Source: Archaeoglobus fulgidus DSM 4304
Lineage (GTDB): Archaea; Halobacteriota; Archaeoglobi; Archaeoglobales; Archaeoglobaceae
DNA length: 32,000 nucleotides
NCBI RefSeq assembly: GCF_000008665.1
Contig: NC_000917.1
Coordinates: 60,001 to 92,000 of the forward strand
Direction: 5' to 3'
In this document: positions 22,896 to 32,000 of the stretch, piece by piece
Position numbering within the stretch: the first letter of the stretch is position 1
How the letters are laid out: every line of letters starts with the position of its first letter
Notes under the pieces: model-generated
Databases searched by the model: none
Told to the model about the DNA's origin: nothing
The model's input: the letters and a program-made list of their open reading frames with translations, nothing else
Position numbers and translations under genes: made by a program

Positions 22896-23187
22896 TCCAC
22901 AGCTCCATCAGAATATCGTTAACCAAGCTGAGGTCGAGTCTTAAGGCATCTGCGATCTCATCCGCCCACACTCTCTCCTTGCCCTTGATAAACTCCTTCA
23001 CCTCTTCCTTGGCCTGCTCTTTCGGGACGTCTCTCAGCTCAACAACTTCCAATCCTCGAAGTTCTTCAGCGTAGTGCCTGATCGCTTCTCTGATTGCCTC
23101 AGCCTTAGATGTTTTAAGCTTCTCAACTATGATGTTGAGCTCATCCTCAACTTCCGTTAGGTCGACAGGGTAGATGTAGCGCTGCAT
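22867..23187 (-). CDS. Ribbon-helix-helix (CopG-like) DNA-binding protein with a C-terminal winged-helix-like tail
   Basis: I trimmed the listed ORF 22867-23346 to M54 (MQRYIYPVDLTEVEDELNIIVEKLKTSKAEAIREAIRHYAEEL), which has a strand-helix-helix pattern. TATA TTTATA lies 22-27 nt upstream (23209-23214). Confidence 0.6.
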   Translation of the reverse strand: MQRYIYPVDLTEVEDELNIIVEKLKTSKAEAIREAIRHYAEELRGLEVVELRDVPKEQAKEEVKEFIKGKERVWADEIADALRLDLSLVNDILMELWSEGYVEPED

Positions 23188-23236
23188 GTATAAGGTTGTA
23201 TAGGGGAGTATAAATAGATTTTTGGATTGGGGGACA

Positions 23237-23404
23237 CTGTAGAATTTTATCGAGAATTCTTTGTTCGAGCTCGTATCTCTCGAAAGCTTCTGCCTCGATG
23301 GTGGCGAGGACCATCGCCACATTTGCAGGATCGACGGCCTTGACAATCAAACCGTTCTTGGTGAACCTACCGGTGGTAATCTGCTTGGCGGCATACCTAG
23401 TTAG
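23237..23404 (-). pseudogene. Relic of a PCNA (sliding clamp) N-terminal region
   Basis: The minus-strand frame reads YAAKQITTGRFTKNGLIVKAVDPANVAMVLATIEAEAFERYELEQRILDKIL. AVDPANVAMV followed by ...F..Y.. matches the conserved archaeal PCNA segment as I remember it. Only about 55 residues are present, bounded upstream by TGA, and no clamp sequence follows. Confidence 0.55.
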
Positions 23405-23679
23405 TCAGGTTTTTTGTCTCGCAGGTTTCTGCCCCGATTACCTTGCAGAACTACACTTGTGCACTTTCTTTACGTTCTTCACTTCATTTTTGCTGGTGCC
23501 ACTGGCGATCTTCACGCTAAGGAAAGACGGGAATTTTCTCCGGAAAAGGGCAGTTTTTACCTCTTACAGTTGCGTTTATCCTCCTTTTCGACTCGGAAAT
23601 CCCACCTGTTTTTACAGCTATCACTGGTTTCTGATTCACATTCCGGAGTCGCTCTGGCTTGTGAATAATGGATTTGGAC

Positions 23680-24414
23680 TTAGAGCCACCTGCAGACTCT
23701 CCTCTCGGCGCTCTCAACGATGACGTACAGTGCAAAGCCGAGAAGGGCCATTGTTGTAATTGCAGCGTACATTGTCGTGTAGTCGGCCCTGCTCCAGGAG
23801 TCGATTATGAGGTATCCCAGACCGCTCGTTGTGGCGAAGCTCTCAGCAAAGAACAGGACTGCTATGGCGGTTCCTATGCTTATTCTCAACGCAGTCAGGA
23901 TTTTCGGCATAACAGCTGGGATGATTACGTGCCTGTAAATGTCGATTTTTGACGCTCCGAGTGAGAGTATTGAGTAAACGTAGTAATCGCTGACCTGCTT
24001 TGCCGCATCTCTGGTTGTGACGGCAATCTGGAAAAAAAGGATTGTTGCGATGAGCAGAACTCTTGACAGGTCACCTATCCCGAAGAGAAGAATGTAGAGG
24101 GGAAGAAGAACAATGTGGGGGATGGGATAGAGAAGGTATATTATCGGCGAGATTGTTGCATCAACAACTCTTTCGCGGCTTAAAATGCCAGCAGGAAGGG
24201 CAACTGAGAGGGCAAGCGCGAGAGAGTACACGACTCTGATCAAGCTCACGGCTGTGTGCGTTATCAGCTCTTTGCGAGTTAAGATTAAAGCCAGCACGTC
24301 CAGTGGATTGGGCAGGGCGGGATTTTGCAGTAAGTAGCTTGCAGCCGCCCAGATGAGAAGCAGGGAAGCTAAGGTTATCAGGTAGCCCTTATAGTCTGCC
24401 TTAGAAGCTTGCAT
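23680..24414 (-). CDS. ABC transporter permease (NitT/TauT, SsuC-like family)
   Basis: 244-aa hydrophobic ORF with an EAA-like loop (...AKQVSDYYVYSILSLGASKIDIYRHVIIPAVMP). It overlaps the ATPase gene. Confidence 0.8.
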   Translation of the reverse strand: MQASKADYKGYLITLASLLLIWAAASYLLQNPALPNPLDVLALILTRKELITHTAVSLIRVVYSLALALSVALPAGILSRERVVDATISPIIYLLYPIPHIVLLPLYILLFGIGDLSRVLLIATILFFQIAVTTRDAAKQVSDYYVYSILSLGASKIDIYRHVIIPAVMPKILTALRISIGTAIAVLFFAESFATTSGLGYLIIDSWSRADYTTMYAAITTMALLGFALYVIVESAERRVCRWL

Positions 24415-25109
24415 CTTTCGAAAAACACCTCCTCGTATCTGTAACTCTCATCCCCAGCCTCTCTGTTATCCACGACCGCCTTCACCCTTCCCGGTCTCTC
24501 GGTAAGAACCACTATCTTTCTTCCCAGAAAAACGGCCTCTTCAATGCTGTGAGTCACCAGAACCATGGTTGTTTTAGTTTCCTTCCAGAGATTGAGCAGG
24601 AAGTTCTGCATTTCCTCTCTCGATAAAGCGTCAAGGGAGGAGAGGGGCTCGTCCATCAGGAGGATTTGGGGTTCGATTGCGATTGCTCTGGCTATAGCTA
24701 CTCTCTGCTTCATCCCCCCGCTTAGCTGCTTAGGGTAGCTCTTTTCAAAGCCCTTCAAACCGAACTTTTCGAGAAGCGCTGTAACTCTCTCCCTCTCTGC
24801 CCTCCTGCTGAAGCCCCTAATTTTCAAGCCAAGAGCAACGTTGTCGTAAACGGTTTTCCACGGAAACAGGCCAAAGTCCTGAAGAATTAGGGCGGCATTT
24901 TTGAGTGGGGAATTGACAGCCCTGTCATCGACCAACACTTCACCCTCAGAGGGTTTGAGCAGTCCGGCCATGATGAGCAGTAACGTCGACTTCCCGCAGC
25001 CTGAAGGACCGATTATCGCGCAGGTTTCTCCATCCTCAACCTCAAAGCTGACACCATCAAGGGCCTTTAGCTCTCCAAAAAATTTTGAAATACCCTTTAC
25101 CGTAATCAT
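24378..25109 (-). CDS. ABC transporter ATP-binding protein (NitT/TauT family)
   Basis: 243-aa ORF with GPSGCGKST (Walker A), LSGGMKQRVAIARA (signature), LLMDEPLSSLD (Walker B) and the H-loop VTHS. Confidence 0.9.
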   Translation of the reverse strand: MITVKGISKFFGELKALDGVSFEVEDGETCAIIGPSGCGKSTLLLIMAGLLKPSEGEVLVDDRAVNSPLKNAALILQDFGLFPWKTVYDNVALGLKIRGFSRRAERERVTALLEKFGLKGFEKSYPKQLSGGMKQRVAIARAIAIEPQILLMDEPLSSLDALSREEMQNFLLNLWKETKTTMVLVTHSIEEAVFLGRKIVVLTERPGRVKAVVDNREAGDESYRYEEVFFERCKLLRQTIRAT

Positions 25110-26008
25110 CTGATTGCCTCTTCGTAGGGGACAGGTTTCTCAATCAGCCCCCTCTGCATGGCCCACTCAAGGTAGCGGTCGTAGTATTCCTTCGGCAGTT
25201 GCTGCGGTTCGGGATAATCGGGTATTGGATAGCTGCCCGCAATATTCTCAGGAACTCTCGCTATCTCAATGAATTTCTCCCTGTACTTCTCTTTGTTCGC
25301 GTTTATCTCCCTCACAGCCTCTCTGTAAGCTTCAAGGAACTTCTGAACCTTCTCGTCATCAACATCCCCTCTGAAGACTATGACAGTCTGCGTGATGCTC
25401 TCGTTCAGCATCGCATCGCTGAGAATCAGCTTCGCACCTTTGCTTACCGCGTAGCTTGCTAGTGGCTCCGGCAGAACGGCAGTCTCTACATTCCCATTCA
25501 GCAAAGCCTGCATTCTTATCGGAATCTTGGGGATGGAAATCTTGGTGTAGTTTAATCCGTATTCGGACAGCATAACGTCAAGAGCGTATTCGATTATTGT
25601 GTTCAGCGAGACTGCTATTTCCTTGCCGTCTAAATCCTCAACTGAGTCGATGTCGGAGTTTGGTGCAGCGAGTATAGCGAAAACTCCCTCTTTAGGTGTT
25701 TTTCCCAAGCACAATGAGGCTATTCTGACGTCGTAGCCCTTGTCTCTGAGCAGTATCACCGCAAGCGGATCGGTTATAACGGCATCGACCTCTCCGGCGG
25801 TCAGCGCGGCATCTCTCTCAACGGCGCTTGAGAACTGTATAACCTCAACATCGAGTCCGTGCTTTTTGAAAAAGCCCTGCTCGTCGGCCACAACTATGGG
25901 CAGAGAGTCCTCAATCGGCAAAATTCCCACTTTGAGTTTTTCCTGCGGTGCCTGGCTGCATCCGAGCAGGGTTGCTGCAAGAATCAGAGTTAACAACAAC
26001 CTCCGCAT
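25106..26008 (-). CDS. ABC transporter substrate-binding lipoprotein (NMT1/THI5-SsuA-like)
   Basis: 300-aa ORF with signal peptide plus lipobox LLGCSQ. It is the first gene of a three-gene operon with 4-nt overlaps. Confidence 0.75.
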   Translation of the reverse strand: MRRLLLTLILAATLLGCSQAPQEKLKVGILPIEDSLPIVVADEQGFFKKHGLDVEVIQFSSAVERDAALTAGEVDAVITDPLAVILLRDKGYDVRIASLCLGKTPKEGVFAILAAPNSDIDSVEDLDGKEIAVSLNTIIEYALDVMLSEYGLNYTKISIPKIPIRMQALLNGNVETAVLPEPLASYAVSKGAKLILSDAMLNESITQTVIVFRGDVDDEKVQKFLEAYREAVREINANKEKYREKFIEIARVPENIAGSYPIPDYPEPQQLPKEYYDRYLEWAMQRGLIEKPVPYEEAIR

Positions 26009-26041
26009 AGTGAAAAATTTGTGGAGGGTTCAAAAAACTTT

Positions 26042-26280
26042 GGGAGTGGCGGTAGTAAGCCCCCTTCTGTTCCGGCGGCATTAGACTGAGCCGCTTACGC
26101 GTTGCACCCGGCGGGGAGGAGGCCGTTTCATCCGGAGCGGGTGACCTCATCCTTGCGGAATCATCGCATTTCCCCGCACCGGTCTCGTTTCTGTTCCTCC
26201 TCCGCCCCTTCTCAGGGGCCTTCCGCCACAGCGGGTGGGGGGACTTTCCTCCTTTCGGTCAGCCGCCCACCGCCGCTCCC
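26042..26280 (-). ncRNA. rnpB: RNase P RNA (compact archaeal form)
   Basis: The reverse complement starts GGGAGCGGCGGTGGGCGGCTGACCGAAAGGAGGAAAGTCCCCCC (the universally conserved GGAAAGUCC element). It ends ...CGGAACAGAAGGGGGCTTACTACCGCCACTCCC (ACAGAA...GGCUUA element). The 5-prime and 3-prime ends pair as a P1 helix (GGGAGCGGCGGUGG with CUACCGCCACUCCC). TATA TTTTTAATAG lies 22-31 nt upstream (26302-26311) and T6 lies just downstream. Confidence 0.85.
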
Positions 26281-26353
26281 ACTGTAATGTTTCTCCGACG
26301 ACTATTAAAAATTAGCTCAAAGTAAAAAGCGAAAGGTATTTTAATGTTAAATT

Positions 26354-27994
26354 GTGATTGAGTGCATGGAGTTGAAGTACAAAATCGGATTTCCAAGTTT
26401 GTATTACCCAAAAATCTCGTTGGCGGACAGAATAGATGCAGCAGCCGAAAAATTTGGGGAAAAGACGGCAATAATTTCTGCAGAACCAAAATTCCCTTCT
26501 GAGTTTCCTGAAAGTATGAATTTTCTGGAGATATGTGAGGTTACGAAAAAGCTCGCCAGCGGCATCTCGAGGAAAGGAGTGAGGAAAGGGGAGCACGTTG
26601 GTGTGTGCATACCTAACTCTATCGATTACGTTATGACAATCTACGCTCTCTGGAGAGTTGCTGCAACTCCCGTTCCGATAAACCCCATGTACAAGTCGTT
26701 TGAATTAGAGCACATCCTGAACGACAGCGAAGCTACAACGCTGGTCGTTCACAGTATGCTCTACGAGAATTTCAAACCTGTTCTTGAAAAGACAGGAGTT
26801 GAAAGAGTTTTCGTTGTCGGTGGTGAGGTAAACAGCTTGTCAGAAGTTATGGATTCCGGCAGTGAGGATTTTGAAAACGTGAAGGTGAATCCCGAAGAGG
26901 ATGTGGCACTGATTCCCTATACGGGCGGCACAACTGGAATGCCGAAGGGTGTGATGCTCACACACTTTAATTTAGCTGCAAACGCCTTACAGCTTGCCGT
27001 AGCTACAGGGCTTTCGCACATGGACACGATTGTGGGCTGCATGCCAATGTTCCATTCAGCGGAGTTTGGACTGGTCAATTTGATGGTTACCGTCGGTAAC
27101 GAGTATGTTGTGATGGGAATGTTTAACCAGGAGATGCTGGCTGAGAACATTGAAAAGTACAAGGGCACATTTTCATGGGCCGTTCCTCCAGCGCTCAACG
27201 TGCTCGTCAACACTCTTGAAAGTTCGAATAAAACCTATGACTGGAGCTATCTGAAGGTCTTTGCTACGGGTGCCTGGCCTGTTGCTCCCGCTCTGGTTGA
27301 AAAGCTTCTGAAACTGGCTGCTGAAAAGTGTAACAATCCTCGCCTCAGGCACAATCAAATCTGGGGAATGACCGAGGCATGTCCGATGGTTACGACGAAT
27401 CCTCCTTTGAGACTCGACAAGAGCACGACACAGGGCGTTCCAATGTCTGATATAGAACTCAAGGTTATTTCGCTTGAGGATGGCAGAGAACTTGGTGTTG
27501 GGGAGAGTGGTGAGATAGTTATCAGAGGTCCGAACATTTTCAAAGGGTACTGGAAGAGGGAGAAGGAAAATCAGGAGTGCTGGTGGTACGATGAGAAGGG
27601 AAGAAAGTTCTTCAGAACCGGGGATGTTGGGTTTATTGATGAAGAGGGATTTCTGCACTTTCAGGATAGAGTAAAGGAAGTCATCAAGTACAAGGGTTAT
27701 ACAATCGCACCGTTTGAACTTGAAGCTCTGTTGATGAAGCACGAGGCTGTTATGGACGTTGCAGTTATAGGAAAGCCGGATGAGGAGGCTGGAGAAGTTC
27801 CAAAGGCATTCATAGTTCTCAAGCCAGAATACAGGGGAAAGGTTGACGAAGAGGACATAATAGAGTGGGTAAGAGAGAGGATTTCGGGTTATAAAAGAGT
27901 AAGGGAAGTTGAATTTGTTGAAGAGCTACCCAGAACGGCGTCGGGAAAACTTCTCAGGAGGTTGCTGAGAGAGAAGGAGGCCGAAAAGGGTTGA
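26354..27994 (+). CDS. AMP-dependent acyl-CoA synthetase / long-chain fatty acid-CoA ligase
   Basis: 546-aa ORF with LIPYTGGTTGMPKGVMLTH (AMP-binding motif), TGD, YKGYTIAPFELE and a C-terminal RTASGKLLRR. The real start may be the ATG at 26366 (MELKYK), given ATTTTAAT about 25 nt upstream. Confidence 0.9.
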   Translation: MIECMELKYKIGFPSLYYPKISLADRIDAAAEKFGEKTAIISAEPKFPSEFPESMNFLEICEVTKKLASGISRKGVRKGEHVGVCIPNSIDYVMTIYALWRVAATPVPINPMYKSFELEHILNDSEATTLVVHSMLYENFKPVLEKTGVERVFVVGGEVNSLSEVMDSGSEDFENVKVNPEEDVALIPYTGGTTGMPKGVMLTHFNLAANALQLAVATGLSHMDTIVGCMPMFHSAEFGLVNLMVTVGNEYVVMGMFNQEMLAENIEKYKGTFSWAVPPALNVLVNTLESSNKTYDWSYLKVFATGAWPVAPALVEKLLKLAAEKCNNPRLRHNQIWGMTEACPMVTTNPPLRLDKSTTQGVPMSDIELKVISLEDGRELGVGESGEIVIRGPNIFKGYWKREKENQECWWYDEKGRKFFRTGDVGFIDEEGFLHFQDRVKEVIKYKGYTIAPFELEALLMKHEAVMDVAVIGKPDEEAGEVPKAFIVLKPEYRGKVDEEDIIEWVRERISGYKRVREVEFVEELPRTASGKLLRRLLREKEAEKG

Positions 27995-28041
27995 AGGGCA
28001 AAAAAGGATAAGCTATATCTTGCCCAACTCCACTTAGCCTC

Positions 28042-28923
28042 ATGCACGGCAAGCTGGTTGAGGTTGCTGACGGAGTCTATGCATACATTCAGGGCAGAGG
28101 GGAGTGGTTCGTAAACAACGCAGGTTTAATTGTGGGTGAAGAGTTCAGTGTGGTTGTTGACAGTGTTTGCAACGAGCAGAGAGCTAAGGAGATGATCAGC
28201 CAATTCAGGGAGGTTACAGCCAAAGATTTCAGAATTCTCATCAACACTCACGGCCACCCTGACCACGTTTGGACGAATCATCTTTTTGATGCGGTCGCAG
28301 TAGCTCACGAGATGGGAAGGCAGGAAACATTAATGGCCTTCGTAGAAATTTATCAGTCCCTTTTTCCCGACTTGGACTTCAGCGGGGCGAAAATAACGCC
28401 GCAGAACATCACTTTCGAAAGCAGAATGAAGCTTTATAATGACGCTGAAATGCAAATCATCCATCCGGGTGTTGCTCACACGAGGGGGGATTGCTACATA
28501 TATATTCCCCAAAAGAAAGTTGTTTTCTGCGGAGACTTGCTATTCGCAAAGCCCTGCACACCCCTTGCCGTCGGCGGGTCTGTCAGGGGGAGCGTAAACG
28601 CGCTCAGAGAACTTCTCAACCTTGATGCAAAAATTTACGTTCCGGGCCATGGTGGGCTGGCAGGGGAAGAGCATCTGGTTGAGGCGATTGAATACTTCGA
28701 GTTTGTCTGGGAGGAGGCAAAGAAGAGGCACGAGAGGGGAATGGGCTGGTACGAGGCGGCGATGGACATTGATCTGGGCGAATATGCAAAGTGGAGCGAA
28801 GCGGAGAGAATTGTCGGCAATGTGGCCAGAGCCTACGCCGAGATTGAGGGAAGGGAGCTGGAGTTTGCTGAATTGGTTGAGGTGGCGAGAAAAATGCTCG
28901 AATACGGAGGTGGTAGAAAATGA
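28042..28923 (+). CDS. Metallo-beta-lactamase-fold hydrolase
   Basis: 293-aa ORF with LINTHGHPDHVWTN (HxHxDH), a later H at HPGVAHTRGD, CGD, and PGHG. Confidence 0.8.
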   Translation: MHGKLVEVADGVYAYIQGRGEWFVNNAGLIVGEEFSVVVDSVCNEQRAKEMISQFREVTAKDFRILINTHGHPDHVWTNHLFDAVAVAHEMGRQETLMAFVEIYQSLFPDLDFSGAKITPQNITFESRMKLYNDAEMQIIHPGVAHTRGDCYIYIPQKKVVFCGDLLFAKPCTPLAVGGSVRGSVNALRELLNLDAKIYVPGHGGLAGEEHLVEAIEYFEFVWEEAKKRHERGMGWYEAAMDIDLGEYAKWSEAERIVGNVARAYAEIEGRELEFAELVEVARKMLEYGGGRK

Positions 28924-29894
28924 GGCTCGTAACCTTTGAAAGGCTGGGAGAGGAGAGGATTGGTTTCGTGCAAGGTGAGAAGGTTTTCGATTTGACTCTA
29001 TGCTATGCATCTCTGCTAAGGAAAGAAGGTGTGGCGGTTGCAATGAGAGTTGCTCAAGCTTTAATGCCACCAGACATGCTCGGCTTTCTTGAGGGGGAAG
29101 AGAGAGCTCTTGAGGAGGCAGAGAGAGTAAGGGAGTTTGTTGAGGAAAAGGAGGGAGAGGTTGAGGGGCCGAATGGAGAGAGGGCTGTATGGCCTCTCAG
29201 CGAGGTGAAGCTGAAAGCTCCCCTTAAGCCCAAACTGATGGTGGACTTCTCAACCTTCGAGGAGCACGTGAGAATGGGCTTTGAAAAGCTCGGCATGAGC
29301 ATACCGCAGGAGTGGTATCAGGTTCCAGTTGGATACAAAATGAACCCCTACTCCGTAATTGGCCCTGAGGAGCCTGTTATATGGCCGAGCTTCACGCAAA
29401 TTCTCGACTACGAGCTTGAGTTTGGAATTGTTGTGGGGAAGAGGGGGAAGAACGTATCGAAGGAGGATGCGATGGATTACGTTCTGGGCTACACAATCGT
29501 CAACGACATCAGTGCGAGGGACATGGAGTTCATTGAGCTAAAAGCCATGCCCCTCGGGCCGTTAAAGAGCAAGGATTTTGACAACGCAACACCAATGGGG
29601 CCTTGCATAGTGACGAAGGATGAAATCAAGGATCCCCACAACCTGAAGATGGTGGCGAGAGTTAATGGAGAGGTCTGGAGCGAGGCCAGCACGAAGGACA
29701 TGCACTGGAAGATTCCCGACCTGATTGCCCATCTCTCCAAAGACCAAACAATCCACCCCGGCACCGTAATGCTCTCAGGCACTCCCGGCGGGGGATGCGG
29801 GATGCACGTTGGAAAGCTCCTCAAGCCGGGAGACGTGGTGGAGCTTGAGATTGAGGGAATTGGGGTGCTGAGAAATCCGATAGTAAAAACCTAA
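28920..29894 (+). CDS. Fumarylacetoacetate hydrolase (FAH) family protein
   Basis: 324-aa ORF with LDYELEFGIVVGKRGKNVSKEDAMDYVLGYTIVNDISARD and GTVMLSGTPGG, which is typical of FAH-fold enzymes. It overlaps the upstream gene by 4 nt. Confidence 0.8.
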   Translation: MRLVTFERLGEERIGFVQGEKVFDLTLCYASLLRKEGVAVAMRVAQALMPPDMLGFLEGEERALEEAERVREFVEEKEGEVEGPNGERAVWPLSEVKLKAPLKPKLMVDFSTFEEHVRMGFEKLGMSIPQEWYQVPVGYKMNPYSVIGPEEPVIWPSFTQILDYELEFGIVVGKRGKNVSKEDAMDYVLGYTIVNDISARDMEFIELKAMPLGPLKSKDFDNATPMGPCIVTKDEIKDPHNLKMVARVNGEVWSEASTKDMHWKIPDLIAHLSKDQTIHPGTVMLSGTPGGGCGMHVGKLLKPGDVVELEIEGIGVLRNPIVKT

Positions 29895-30590
29895 TCGAGT
29901 ATTTTCGAGACCTTCAGCAGAAGATTTCTCGCAGAGAGAAACTCTGCAACCTCCCCATTCTTTGCGCTGAAAAGCTCCTTGAGCTTCCCCTTTTCCACTA
30001 TTCTTCCGTTGAGCATCACCGCCACCTCATCCGCAAGCATCGCAGCTTCAATAAGATCGTGAGTTACATGCAATATCGGAACATCAAACTCCCTCTGCAC
30101 AAACCTCAGCTCCTCCATCAACACCCCCTTCGTTTTTAGATCAACAGCAGAGAGCGGCTCGTCAAGCAGAAGGAGCCTTGGCTGGATTACAAGGGCTCTT
30201 GCCAGCGCCACCCTCTGTCTTTCCCCACCGCTGAGCCTTGCAGGTTTTCTGTCAAGTAAGTGGGCTATGCCGAGCTTTTCCGCCATCTCCCTGACTCTCC
30301 TGTCTCTCTCAACCCTCTCAACATTTCTGAGGCCGTAGGCGATGTTCCTGTAAACGCTGAGGTGGGGGAAGAGGGCGTAGTCTTGGGGAACAAAGCCGAT
30401 TCCTCTCCTCTCTGGAGGAAGCGGAGTGATGTCAGCACCGTTTAACCTCACCTCTCCCCTGTCAGGCTTTACAATCCCGGCAATAAGTTCGAGAAAAACG
30501 CTCTTTCCAGCACCAGTCGGGCCGAGCAGCACGCAGTAGTCTCTGCCCATCTCAAAGTCCACGTTAAGCCTGAAGTTCCCCAGCCTTTTC

Positions 30591-32000
<1,410 letters not shown>

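Larger units (their letters stand above)
21806..23679. mobile_element. Decayed integrated element remnant at the 3-prime end of tRNA-Gln
   Basis: An integrase gene starts 38 nt after the tRNA. An RHH regulator gene, a PCNA N-terminal relic and about 330 bp with no credible ORF follow. A hand-counted 100-nt sample (21901-22000) is 31 percent G+C. No flanking direct repeat was found by eye. Confidence 0.55.

Noticed and set aside
22867-23346. The full 159-aa version of the RHH ORF.
   Set aside because: The first 53 codons (S/P/R-rich) overlap the PCNA relic in another frame and precede a good TATA box plus ATG at 23187. I kept only the 106-aa version.
25740-26287. ORFs 25740-26084 (+), 25911-26150 (-) and 26102-26287 (+), with P/R/S-rich products.
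   Set aside because: They lie on the G+C-rich RNase P RNA gene or antisense to the substrate-binding protein gene. Their proline/arginine-rich, low-complexity translations are typical of structured-RNA regions.
27173-29070. Minus-strand ORFs 27173-27742 (189 aa) and 28540-29070 (176 aa).
   Set aside because: They are antisense to the acyl-CoA synthetase and MBL/FAH genes, which carry unambiguous family motifs.

Overview
This is a densely coding archaeal chromosomal window. From memory, the gene content and the ModABC, AOR and ArgD sequences look like Archaeoglobus fulgidus; that is recognition, not a search result. Positions 1-4.4 kb hold housekeeping genes: an M50 protease, a DUF126/AcnX small subunit, RpoP, L37Ae, a Nip7-like protein, MazG-like plus thymidylate kinase, and a CBS protein. 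Positions 4.4-13.3 kb form an A+T-rich accessory block that ends at the 3-prime end of tRNA-Ile(GAU). It holds two VapBC-type modules (one toxin disrupted) and a tightly packed type I Cas effector operon on the minus strand. The operon order is cas6, an unlisted 56-aa ORF, cas3 (helicase with a C-terminal HD nuclease), a cas8-position gene, a small-subunit-position gene, cas7 and cas5. No cas1, cas2, cas4 or CRISPR array is visible anywhere in the 32 kb. HicB and a frameshifted HicA follow the operon. Positions 13.4-21 kb are core genes: birA, a DHH phosphoesterase, ferredoxin plus aldehyde:ferredoxin oxidoreductase, a transglutaminase-like protein, a protein made of three internal repeats, and argD. 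A stand-alone 5S rRNA comes next, then tRNA-Gln(CUG) directly followed by a tyrosine integrase and about 1.9 kb of decayed element containing an RHH protein and a PCNA N-terminal relic. The rest holds a NitT/TauT-type ABC transporter, a compact RNase P RNA, an acyl-CoA synthetase, an MBL-fold hydrolase, an FAH-family protein and ModCBA (modA truncated by the window end). The most interesting item is the array-less, adaptation-less Cas module with atypical architecture, a compositional seam and an unannotated coupled micro-ORF.
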